From Bdellovibrionales bacterium (GTDB lineage Bacteria; Bdellovibrionota; Bdellovibrionia; Bdellovibrionales; UBA1609), in NCBI GenBank assembly GCA_041690295.1, contig JAWLHR010000001.1, positions 32,001-96,000 on the forward strand: DNA of 64,000 nucleotides, read 5' to 3'. Shown here piece after piece: positions 1 through 8,751 of this stretch (position 1 is the first letter of the stretch; each line of letters begins with the position of its first letter). Under the pieces are notes generated by a model. It saw nothing but the letters and a program-made list of their open reading frames with translations. It was not told the DNA's origin and ran no database searches. The position numbers and the translations under genes are program-made.

Positions 1-277
1 AACTATTCACATCCAGGGGAACGCACACACCATCACCGGTGCGAGAGAGCTTTGGACGGGCGACCCGACCTGTATAGCCCTCGTAGCGAATGGGAGCGTT
101 ATAATAAATTTCCGCCGCCGCTCCCCGCAGTTCATAGGGTGAAGCCAGCGTCGTCACCTGAACTTCGCGAAATTCGCCGTTCCACAGCAAAATAAATTTG
201 TCACCGCATTCGCCAGTGAGCGATCCGGCACAGCCACAGAGTGACAGAAACAAAAGTGTCGAAGAGATCAAACGCAT
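1..277 (-). CDS. Hypothetical lipoprotein, N-terminal part (runs off the window start)
   Basis: Manual translation from ATG at 277: MRLISSTLLFLSLCGCAGSLTGECGDKFILLWNGEFREV... Signal peptide with lipobox-like LCGC; open to position 1. Not in the ORF track. Confidence 0.7.
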   Translation of the reverse strand, partial: MRLISSTLLFLSLCGCAGSLTGECGDKFILLWNGEFREVQVTTLASPYELRGAAAEIYYNAPIRYEGYTGRVARPKLSRTGDGVCVPLDVNS

Positions 278-389
278 GATATTTTGCAACCCGTGGCGAC
301 GATATATGATACTTTGCATCAAAACGCCACATTTTCTTGCTAAACATTTGAAAGGATTCTTAGTTTGGCGAACTAAAGGTGATGATCTT

Positions 390-2675
390 ATGGCCATTCT
401 GAAAAATTTTGCAGAGGCGCTCAACGAGCGCCAGGCGGAAGCGGTTGAACAACTCAGCGGCCCCCTCCTCATCTTGGCGGGTGCCGGTTCCGGTAAGACC
501 CGCGTCCTGACCTATCGCATAGCCAATTTGATCGCGCAAGGCGAGGCCACGACCGAGCAAATTCTAGCTGTCACGTTTACCAACAAGGCGGCGCGGGAAA
601 TGGAAACGCGCGTGATCAAACTCCTTCATGATCTTGGCATCAGCGTGTTTGATCGGATGTGGATTTCCACCTTCCACTCCATCTGCGCGCGGATTCTCCG
701 CGATGATATTCATTTGCTGGATTACCCATCCTTTTTCGGCATCTACGACGACTCCGATCAGATGTCGTTGCTGAAAAAGGTTCTGCAGATGCTGAACATC
801 AATGACAAACAATACCCGCCCCGCTCGTTTCAAGCGCGGATCAATGAAGCCAAGCAAATCGCGCTGTCTCCGGATGATGTGGCCAAAAGGGGCGGCGCCC
901 TTTGGGATGATCGAAGTCTTGAAGTTTACCGGGTTTATGAAGAAGAGCTGAAAAAAGCCAATGCGCTGGATTTCGGAGATCTTCTGTTCAAAACCTACGA
1001 TCTGTTCCGGACTTATCCGGACATTCTGGCCAAGTATCAGGACCGCTTTCAATACATCTCCGTGGACGAGTACCAGGACACCAACCACATCCAATACCTG
1101 CTGGTGAAAATGCTGGCCGAACGGCACCGCAATCTTTGTGTGGTTGGTGATGAGGATCAGTCGATCTATTCCTGGCGGGGTGCCGATATCCGCAACATCT
1201 TGAGCTTTGAAACCGATTTCCCTGACGCCAAGGTGATCAAGCTGGAAGAAAATTATCGTTCCACCGGCACAATCGTTCAGGCGGCGTCGGAATTGATCAA
1301 GAACAATACCCAACGCAAAGACAAAACCTTATTTACGAAAAACGCTCCGGGTGAACTGATTTACGTGCACGAAGACCTGAATGAATACGAAGAGGCGAGA
1401 TTCGTCGTGCAAAACGTGGCGTCGTTGATGAATGCGCAGCCGTACTCATACAAAGACTTCGCGGTTTTTTACCGCACCAACGCCCAATCCCGCGTGATCG
1501 AGGATCACATGCGGAGCCAGAACATACCCTACAAACTGGTGGGCGGCGTGAAGTTCTATGAGCGGATGGAAATCAAGGATGTACTCGCCTACCTGAAAAT
1601 GTTCGTGAATCCCGCGGATGACGTGGCCGTGCAACGGATCATCAATGTGCCCGCGCGCGGAATCGGCAAAACCACCGTTGATAAAATCGAAGAGTACGCC
1701 ATTCAGCATAAAATCACTTTCCATGAGGCGATTCTGCGTGTCGCCGAGCAGCGCTTGGTCCATTCGGGCGCGGCCCGTAAGCTGCGTGATTTCCGTAATC
1801 TGGCCGATGATCTCGCGGAAAAGGCGAAGATCATGAAATTGTCCGATTTGTTCATCGAGCTTCTCGATGCCACTCAATACGTGACCCGGCTTAAGGAAGA
1901 AAACACTCCCGAGTCACAATCCCGTATCGACAACTTGGAAGAATTCGCCAACGCCATCCGGCAGTTCGAGCAAGAACGCGGCGAAGAGGCGACCCTCACC
2001 AACTTCCTCGAAGAAATGGCCCTTGTTTCCGATGTGGATCAATTGGAAGAGGGAGATAATTACGTCACACTGATGACTTTACACATTTCCAAGGGTTTGG
2101 AGTTTCCGGTGGTGTTCATGGTGGGCATGGAGGAAGGATTATTTCCCTCAGCGCGGTCCATGGACGACTCGGATCCCGAGCGGATCGAGGAAGAGCGCCG
2201 GTTGGCCTACGTGGGCATGACCCGCGCGCGGGAACGACTATACCTTACCCACGCGCGCACGCGCCGGGTTTGGGGTCAGGAACAAAGTCATCCGCCGTCA
2301 CGTTTTCTGCGTGAGATTCCGGATAAGTATGTGCAGCGGCACACCCGCATTCAACGGCCGGCCTTTCTCGACCGCTACCGTGAAAAATACGGAGCTTATG
2401 AAAGTCGCGGGTTCGCGGTCACCGCGCAAGCTCGTGGCAGGAAACTGGAACATCCGGAACTTTACGATACGATGCCGGATTACGAAAACGAGTTCGGCAA
2501 CTCGAGCTCCAAGTCCTACGCCAAAGGCATGCGCGTTCGCCATCCCACCTTCGGCGTGGGTTCGATCTATCAGGTTGAAGGCAGCGGTGAAATGCAAAAG
2601 GTCAGCGTGGTGTTTCACGATCAGACCTTCAAGAAATTCGTAGTGAAGTATGCCCGCCTGGAAATTTTAGGCTAA
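390..2675 (+). CDS. uvrD: ATP-dependent DNA helicase UvrD/PcrA
   Basis: Walker A GAGSGKT, VDEYQD, VGDEDQSIY, LEENYRS, TLHISKGLEF, EEERRLAYVGMTRA and a C-terminal Tudor-like GMRVRHPTFG. Start moved to ATG 390 (AAGGTG upstream) because 198 would overlap the divergent gene. Confidence 0.96.
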   Translation: MAILKNFAEALNERQAEAVEQLSGPLLILAGAGSGKTRVLTYRIANLIAQGEATTEQILAVTFTNKAAREMETRVIKLLHDLGISVFDRMWISTFHSICARILRDDIHLLDYPSFFGIYDDSDQMSLLKKVLQMLNINDKQYPPRSFQARINEAKQIALSPDDVAKRGGALWDDRSLEVYRVYEEELKKANALDFGDLLFKTYDLFRTYPDILAKYQDRFQYISVDEYQDTNHIQYLLVKMLAERHRNLCVVGDEDQSIYSWRGADIRNILSFETDFPDAKVIKLEENYRSTGTIVQAASELIKNNTQRKDKTLFTKNAPGELIYVHEDLNEYEEARFVVQNVASLMNAQPYSYKDFAVFYRTNAQSRVIEDHMRSQNIPYKLVGGVKFYERMEIKDVLAYLKMFVNPADDVAVQRIINVPARGIGKTTVDKIEEYAIQHKITFHEAILRVAEQRLVHSGAARKLRDFRNLADDLAEKAKIMKLSDLFIELLDATQYVTRLKEENTPESQSRIDNLEEFANAIRQFEQERGEEATLTNFLEEMALVSDVDQLEEGDNYVTLMTLHISKGLEFPVVFMVGMEEGLFPSARSMDDSDPERIEEERRLAYVGMTRARERLYLTHARTRRVWGQEQSHPPSRFLREIPDKYVQRHTRIQRPAFLDRYREKYGAYESRGFAVTAQARGRKLEHPELYDTMPDYENEFGNSSSKSYAKGMRVRHPTFGVGSIYQVEGSGEMQKVSVVFHDQTFKKFVVKYARLEILG

Positions 2676-3832
2676 GGTTCGTTGGCGTAAATCTCCACAT
2701 CCGGCGGAACAATCGATGGACCGATCGGATTTTCATAACGCCCTACGATCCCGTCGAAACCGCGATAGTCGCGGTAACCTTCGCCCCGCCCGATTTCAAA
2801 ATCGGGCACGAGCCCGACCTTTCCACCCCCACCCGGTATATCCAAGGAGAGATTCGGCATGGCGAGACCGGATAAAGACCCCCAAAGCTCTCTTTGGATC
2901 CTGAGTGATTCATCCACGGAGGTGCGAAAGTGCTCAGTGCCTTCGGAAGGGTCACACTGAAACATGTAATAAGGCTTCACACGCAGATAAAGGAGTCGCC
3001 TCGACAGCGCCTTGACGATCGCCGCGTGATTGTTGATTCCGTTCAATAGCACCATTTGGTTGAACACCGGCACGCCGTTGTCCACCAACAGCTCAAGCGC
3101 GCCGGCGGCCTCGGCGCTCAATTCCCTCGGGTGGTTGAAGTGAGTGATAAAAAACACCGGCTTGTGCTTTTTGAACAAGCCGACCAGGTCATTGGTCAAT
3201 CGCATCGGGCAAACCACCGGCATCCGGCTCGCGATCCGGATCACCTCGACGGTTTCAATTTTACGCAAATCAAACAGCACCCGCTCGATTCTCGAATCAC
3301 CTAAAGTGAGCGGATCGCCGCCGGAAAGAATCACCTCACGAACACGGGGATGGCGCCGAATGTAATCCAGCGCCAGATCATAGTCCGATGAACCAATGAA
3401 CGCTTGGTCCATGCCGGTGAAATGCTTGCGCAAACAGTAACGGCAATAGAGCGAGCATTGGTCCGTGAGCAAAAATAAAACCCGATCCGGATAGCGATGG
3501 ACCAAACGCTTCACCGGCGAATGTTTTTCTTCTCCCAAGGGATCGGGCATGTGTTGACCGCCGCGGTTCAATTCCTTCAAGCGAGGGATCACCATGCGCC
3601 GAATTGGATCCTCGGGATTCTCACGATTCACAAGCGCGATGTAATAGGGAGTGGCCGCCACCGGGAACTGGGGCGATTTGTCGAAGGCCGCGGCCTCGTC
3701 TTCGCTGAGCTGGAGATGCTTTGACAAGTCCTCGCGCGATCTCAATCCCGACCGGAATTGCCATCGCCAATCGTGCCAATCAGTGCTGGAGACTCCAGGA
3801 AAAGGCTCGGTGGGCGGAAATGAAAATTTCAT
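2672..3832 (-). CDS. KamA-family radical SAM protein (lysine 2,3-aminomutase/EpmB-like)
   Basis: CSLYCRYC, HRYPDRVL, SGGDPL, HFNHPRE, NQMVLLNGIN and PLP-lysine motif PGGGGKV. Confidence 0.92.
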   Translation of the reverse strand: MKFSFPPTEPFPGVSSTDWHDWRWQFRSGLRSREDLSKHLQLSEDEAAAFDKSPQFPVAATPYYIALVNRENPEDPIRRMVIPRLKELNRGGQHMPDPLGEEKHSPVKRLVHRYPDRVLFLLTDQCSLYCRYCLRKHFTGMDQAFIGSSDYDLALDYIRRHPRVREVILSGGDPLTLGDSRIERVLFDLRKIETVEVIRIASRMPVVCPMRLTNDLVGLFKKHKPVFFITHFNHPRELSAEAAGALELLVDNGVPVFNQMVLLNGINNHAAIVKALSRRLLYLRVKPYYMFQCDPSEGTEHFRTSVDESLRIQRELWGSLSGLAMPNLSLDIPGGGGKVGLVPDFEIGRGEGYRDYRGFDGIVGRYENPIGPSIVPPDVEIYANEP

Positions 3833-3903
3833 AAGGCTAAGGGTCTCCTGAGAAACCCTTAGCCAAATTGCAGAATGGATTCAAGCCATTCGCGCGAATT
3901 CGA

Positions 3904-4413
3904 TTAAAACTTCACCCGACAGGTGACGGCCGATGTCGGCAGGTAACCGGCCGGAAGCGGGATTTCCAATGTGGCCAAGAGGCCATCCAGCACGGAATCC
4001 GAAAGCGGCCAAGCCAGGAAAAAACTCATTTTGGATTGGGCCACCGTAATGTAAGTGATCCCCGCGAGAGTCGCTTCATCGCTTTCCATATCAAAGGGGC
4101 GCGAGAGAACCATGTGGGCCGTGACCGGACGGCCGTTCACCTCAACCACCAAAACCGCCGACGGGAACGATGTGTTCACCTCGGTGTTGTACCAGAGCTC
4201 ACCGCCTTTGATCGCGTTTTTCGCGAATCCATAAATAAGATGAGTTTTGTCCTGATCCGCTTGGCTGTAGTTGATTTGAGCGAAACCGAACATGGGATTG
4301 AAAGCGTAACAAGTGTATTCGGTCGCCATACGGATTTCCGCGAAAGCGGTGTTCGACATAAAGAGCGTGCCGAAAATCGCGAACAGAGAACGGAAAAGAA
4401 TTCGATTCAACAT
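3904..4413 (-). CDS. Hypothetical secreted protein
   Basis: Signal peptide MLNRILFRSLFAIFGTLFMSNTAFA; GGGGA upstream of ATG 4413. Confidence 0.7.
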   Translation of the reverse strand: MLNRILFRSLFAIFGTLFMSNTAFAEIRMATEYTCYAFNPMFGFAQINYSQADQDKTHLIYGFAKNAIKGGELWYNTEVNTSFPSAVLVVEVNGRPVTAHMVLSRPFDMESDEATLAGITYITVAQSKMSFFLAWPLSDSVLDGLLATLEIPLPAGYLPTSAVTCRVKF

Positions 4414-4494
4414 ATTGTCCCCCCAAATGGTTATTGGGAGAACAATATGTACGGATAATTCAATTTGCAAATAGTGCTAATGCTCTAAATAAGC

Positions 4495-5736
4495 TTAGCG
4501 GGTGACCGGGCTGCCGATGGCGGGTAAACGGAATCCGTTCGGTAACGCTCCCGGAACGGGCCGCTGCTGAGGCACGCCAGGTTGTCCCGGAGTGATGACC
4601 GGCTGTCCGACAACCGCTCCCGGTGTGGGGCGCACCGGCTGATTGGCGTAGCGTCCACGGCCTCTGCGGGTGGTCGGCGCTAACTGTTGTTGTTGTTGCT
4701 GCTGCTGCTGTTGTTGTTGATCCTGCAGCCAGGGTTCTTGAGATGTCGTGTCCTGCTGCGAACCGATGACCGTTTCATTGAATCCGTAGAGTTCCTTTAA
4801 TCGATTTTCGTAATTTTCAAGATCGCTCAGAAGCTGACCCTGATATTCCCAATTGCTGATCACGTTTTTCAAGACGTGATTGATTTGAAGCCCGCGGGAC
4901 TCGAAATACCGTTCATAAGACGCCCGCACGAGTTTCAATTGCTGGAGCAAGGCTTGCTTTTGCTGAGGCGACAATTGCGCCGAATTCAGACTTTGAACGA
5001 TGAAATGCAAGTGGTGCGTGTAATCGCCGAACTTTTTCAAGTCGGCCAGCGATTCACGGATCAAAGGATTTTGGTTGTTGCCCAAAAGCCTTTCGATCTG
5101 AAGTAATTTGGCTTTACCTTGGCGGCGATCATTCTCATCCATGGAGCCGAGCAGTCTTTGCAGTTCGGGTTTATAGTTTTGGTCATAAAATTTCGCCGCT
5201 TCTTCCGGGTTATTGGTGGCCAAGCACGCCAAACGATCGTGACCCTGGAGAGTACGGTTGTTTTGATCAATTTCACAGTTGGAGATTCGTTGAGAACGCT
5301 CGCTCTCGGCCTTGGCTTGAGCGGCGAGATCCACCGCCAAACCATGAAACTGTTCATTCGCGGCCTTCACCACATCTTTCAAATCCAACCAATTTTTGAC
5401 TTCCACTTGAGTGGGATTGGCCGTGGCGGAGCGGGCGCCGCTGGCACAGGACTCACAGGGAGCCGCCGCTTCAGATTTAATCTCAAAAGCATCGACTTCA
5501 ATTTCTTCAAATGTTCCGTCCGCCTTGCGCTTCTTCTTGACCTGTTTCACGCGATTGACATCGATCGCGCCTTGAATCAGCTGTCCATCGACTTCCAAAG
5601 TGATGTTTTCGCAGCGAACGGTGTCGGATTGGTTCAGTTGATCGGAGAGATTACAGGCGGGCTGCTGACCAAATGCCGGAGCCGAAACCAAACCAATGGC
5701 TCCAATCAGCGTTATCATCGAAATCGAACGGTTCAT
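4495..5736 (-). CDS. Hypothetical secreted protein with poly-Q and a Pro/Gln-rich tail
   Basis: Signal peptide ending APAFG; AGGAG RBS before ATG 5736; CxxC (CESC); Q12 tract. Confidence 0.8.
   Translation of the reverse strand: MNRSISMITLIGAIGLVSAPAFGQQPACNLSDQLNQSDTVRCENITLEVDGQLIQGAIDVNRVKQVKKKRKADGTFEEIEVDAFEIKSEAAAPCESCASGARSATANPTQVEVKNWLDLKDVVKAANEQFHGLAVDLAAQAKAESERSQRISNCEIDQNNRTLQGHDRLACLATNNPEEAAKFYDQNYKPELQRLLGSMDENDRRQGKAKLLQIERLLGNNQNPLIRESLADLKKFGDYTHHLHFIVQSLNSAQLSPQQKQALLQQLKLVRASYERYFESRGLQINHVLKNVISNWEYQGQLLSDLENYENRLKELYGFNETVIGSQQDTTSQEPWLQDQQQQQQQQQQQQLAPTTRRGRGRYANQPVRPTPGAVVGQPVITPGQPGVPQQRPVPGALPNGFRLPAIGSPVTR
4684..4719 (-). repeat. In-frame (CAA/CAG)12 poly-glutamine tract
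   Basis: Twelve consecutive ctg/ttg triplets on the + strand. Confidence 0.9.
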
Positions 5737-6002
5737 AAATAATCTCCTCGTGAGCGGGCATCGGGCGGACGGGTGACACCCCTCACTACCCGAAATCGAG
5801 TCCAAGATCCGAACCAGACCGGGCCAAGGTTGTTAAGAGCTTGAAAATACAGGCGGAGTTCGAGTTTTTGTGAGCCGCCCGCTGAATCGGCCGAATGTTA
5901 AACCCGAATTCAGACCAATCTCAGCGATACGAAAAAACCGAGGATTTTAAAGACTTAGGCTTGTCAGTTTTTTAACAGGGTCAGTGCCGCACCAAATCCA
6001 TC

Positions 6003-6029
6003 AAAAAAACCCAGGGGTTTCCCCCTGGG
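6003..6029 (-). terminator. Rho-independent terminator downstream of the beta-barrel gene
   Basis: Minus strand reads CCCAGGGG-GAAA-CCCCTGGG followed by T7. Confidence 0.88.
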
Positions 6030-6086
6030 CCTTGCCACCACCATCAATGCTGGTTGCATGCAAAGATGTTTGTCTAAGATGTGCGA

Positions 6087-7523
6087 CTAGAAGCTGATGG
6101 CAGCTTTCGTAACCAATCCAAACGCGAACTTAGATTCAAATTGCCCATCTCCCTCCCAAGCCGCGCCAGGAAAAAGGAACCCGGCCTGGTTCACCCACAT
6201 CACTCCCTTACGTGGACTGAAGTTCAGTGAGACGTCATATTCGAAACCTAAATCATGACTCGGATTGAAGTTGGCGCCAAGAGGATTTTCCGCCAACCGG
6301 CCCCAGATCAAAGTGTTGTCCACGCTCCAACGATCGTTGAAATAATAAGTGGCTGAAGGCGCGGCGTAGATCACATTGCTGATCGCTTCCACGTCGGCCC
6401 TGTTAATGCGATTGTCCGCTCCCCGCACGTTGCCTGTCACAAGCTGTGTGGAGAGGAAATCCGCGCGCCCCAGAGGTCGATTGAACATCAGCATACCGAT
6501 GTCATAGTTGCGGTCAAAAATGAAACCTTCGAACTTCGCCGGAGTGCCGGGATCATCACCGGACGCTGTTCCCGCTTTCAAGCCCCAGCGCCACTTGCTC
6601 TGCTCGGGGCGATAGGAAACTTCCGTCGCCACACCGAACCCACCCAAAGCAACATTATCGCCAGAAGCGGTCAAGACGCCGGAGTGGCCGGACTGGAATG
6701 CGGCCTCAAGTCCCAGCCGAATGTTCTCGCTGTCCCGAAGCGCGAAGATATTAACCGTTCTCATGTCCACGTCGCCGATCGCGCCCTGGTTGCCGGCGCC
6801 GCCCAGCGGATTACCCGCCGGCGCATCGCTACCTTGCGCGCTGGCTTTGCGCCAGTGATAAAACACGCCCAGCTGAAGATCCGTTTCCGGATTTTCGTAA
6901 TTGAACTGGAACATATAATCGTTCACGTCATCCGGTTGCTGGATATTGGATTCACTGGGTTTACCGAACATTGGCAAAAAGTAGAGATTGCCGACGATGA
7001 TTTTGTATCCCACCAAATCTCTCGTGTCGTACCAGTGATCGAATAATCCGCGACCCGCGTTGTGAGTCATACCTAAACCGAAGTGCAAGGGCGCGCGGCC
7101 AAGCAAAAGCGCGCCGTACTCTTGCGCGTGAGTCAGGTAGAGCTGCGTGACTTCGATGGTTTCCGACTTTTGCCGTTCGGATAAAGTGTTGGAGTCCTCA
7201 CCCGAATTGGTCGGCTTACCGGCGCCGATCCCCGATCCCCAAACCTGTCCCATTTGGGAATTGGGATAGCCGGCATTGTTCATGATGTTGAATTGTCCAT
7301 ATAAAGTGAGACCGTCACCGGCCACGATTTTGGGTCGCAAAATCAGGTGATGAAGACCATACGTCAGCTCACGATCTTCTCCGCTCAACTCGGAGTTCTT
7401 AATGAAGTTACCTTCGAAACGATAAAGTCCACTCCATTCGAGATCACCGGCACTCGCGGAATGTTGAAACAAACCCAAACTGAAAATGATGAGAGTTACG
7501 AAAAAGACTGCGTTTTTTTGCAT
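6087..7523 (-). CDS. Outer-membrane beta-barrel protein (alginate-export/porin-like)
   Basis: Signal peptide, alternating amphipathic strands, GTASGDD motif, C-terminal Phe (AAISF); GAGGG RBS before ATG 7523. Confidence 0.75.
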   Translation of the reverse strand: MQKNAVFFVTLIIFSLGLFQHSASAGDLEWSGLYRFEGNFIKNSELSGEDRELTYGLHHLILRPKIVAGDGLTLYGQFNIMNNAGYPNSQMGQVWGSGIGAGKPTNSGEDSNTLSERQKSETIEVTQLYLTHAQEYGALLLGRAPLHFGLGMTHNAGRGLFDHWYDTRDLVGYKIIVGNLYFLPMFGKPSESNIQQPDDVNDYMFQFNYENPETDLQLGVFYHWRKASAQGSDAPAGNPLGGAGNQGAIGDVDMRTVNIFALRDSENIRLGLEAAFQSGHSGVLTASGDNVALGGFGVATEVSYRPEQSKWRWGLKAGTASGDDPGTPAKFEGFIFDRNYDIGMLMFNRPLGRADFLSTQLVTGNVRGADNRINRADVEAISNVIYAAPSATYYFNDRWSVDNTLIWGRLAENPLGANFNPSHDLGFEYDVSLNFSPRKGVMWVNQAGFLFPGAAWEGDGQFESKFAFGLVTKAAISF

Positions 7524-7626
7524 CAAACCGCCCTCGACGTTTGCGAACAGACTAACATCGGACCCCACTCAGTCAAACAAAACATTCGGGGGCGGCTGCT
7601 TATCCTTTGAGCAGAATATTTTCAGA

Positions 7627-8172
7627 TCACGATGTCACAACGCCAAGAATGTCCTCTTCGCGCAGGATTAAGTAATCTTCATTTCCAAAGGTGATTTTGG
7701 TGCCCGAGTACTTGGGAAACAAAACCGTATCGCCGACATTCACGTCAAGCGGGCGAATGACGCCCTTTTTATTGCGACGTCCGCGACCTTTCGCGACCAC
7801 CTGCCCCCGGTCGGGCTGATCCGTGGCGGTGGTCGGAATAAAAATACCGCCGGCTGTTTTTGTCATCGGCTCCGCGACGCGAATCAGAACACGATCGTCC
7901 AACGGTGTCAGAATTCGGAAATCGCTTCGCTGCGGCGTTATCTTGGTTGGGCTCGTTACCGGAGCCACACGTGCCAATTTGGGTTTAATGGTCTTGGTTT
8001 TGGTTTTGGTTTTGGTTTTTGCGTTCGCGGTCTTGGTCTTTTTCACCGCGGCCGGTTTCGCCTTAACCGCTTTCTTGGCTTTGGCTTTGGCTTTCCCTTT
8101 GGCTTTGGTTTGAGAAGGTTTTACGGACTTCTTGGCTTTGACCGGTTTCTTTTTAGCTTTCTTAGTGGCCAC
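7627..8172 (-). CDS. groES: Co-chaperonin GroES with a Lys/Ala-rich N-terminal extension
   Basis: C-terminal PLDDRVLIR...KTAGGIFIP...VNVGDTVLFPKYSGT...ILREEDILGVV; GTG start at 8172 with AGAGGAG RBS; no groEL adjacent. Confidence 0.88.
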   Translation of the reverse strand: MATKKAKKKPVKAKKSVKPSQTKAKGKAKAKAKKAVKAKPAAVKKTKTANAKTKTKTKTKTIKPKLARVAPVTSPTKITPQRSDFRILTPLDDRVLIRVAEPMTKTAGGIFIPTTATDQPDRGQVVAKGRGRRNKKGVIRPLDVNVGDTVLFPKYSGTKITFGNEDYLILREEDILGVVTS

Positions 8173-8434
8173 GTCTCTGCATCTCCTCTTCAAAATACTT
8201 GGCGTAAAGAACATCCCATTCCGGACTGCCCTCGGGTACGCCCCGTTTGAGAGAGGTTACCCGTGCTTTCACGGCCTGGTCGATGTCCGCCAGTTCTTTA
8301 ACAAAATCACTGAGTCCTCTTTTAGCCGCGCGTAAAGCGGCATCGTCGTCCGAGTAATCCACCAGATCATCGTTCCAAATTCCATCCACGACAATCCGGG
8401 CCAGATGAGCCACACGGTCCTCACTCAGCATCAT
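8162..8434 (-). CDS. DUF507-family protein
   Basis: MLSEDRVAHLA...GVPEGSPEWDVLYAKYFEEEM pattern recalled for DUF507. Confidence 0.7.
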   Translation of the reverse strand: MMLSEDRVAHLARIVVDGIWNDDLVDYSDDDAALRAAKRGLSDFVKELADIDQAVKARVTSLKRGVPEGSPEWDVLYAKYFEEEMQRRGH

Positions 8435-8709
8435 AGGATGATTCCCTTCTCCTTGGCCAAGCGCCGCTTGAGCATGGGAAACATCTTGTAGCGCTGAAAC
8501 CCACCCGGGTTTTGGCGTTCCAACTCATCCATCATCCGGTTCACTTCTTGATCCAATTCCGCTTCACGGTTGAAGTCTCCACGAATGATCGCGGCGGCCC
8601 GCTCTAAAACTGTTTCTTCTTTTTCCTTGAACTGAATGACGTTTTGATTCTTGAGTCCTTTTAAGATCGCTTCCGCCATGCGCTTTATCTGCTTATCGGA
8701 CACTTTCAT
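8431..8709 (-). CDS. DUF507-family protein
   Basis: MKVSDKQIKRMA...YKMFPMLKRRLAKEKGIIL; ATGA overlap with the next gene. Confidence 0.7.
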   Translation of the reverse strand: MKVSDKQIKRMAEAILKGLKNQNVIQFKEKEETVLERAAAIIRGDFNREAELDQEVNRMMDELERQNPGGFQRYKMFPMLKRRLAKEKGIIL

Positions 8710-8713
8710 GCCT

Positions 8714-8745
8714 TTGACTAAAGACATGGCGTTCCCTAATGTCAA
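8714..8745. promoter_or_regulatory. Overlapping divergent sigma70-type promoters
   Basis: Plus: TTGACT-N17-TAATGT-N9-ATG(8752). Minus: TTGACA-N17-TTTAGT-N7-ATG(8709). Confidence 0.55.
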
Positions 8746-8751
8746 GTGAGG

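Noticed and set aside
198..389. N-terminal extension of UvrD in the ORF track (likewise long starts for glmU, pfkA, HU, DciA-like, flgE)
   Set aside because: Longest-ORF artefacts that overlap neighbouring genes or promoters; downstream starts fit the family N-termini.
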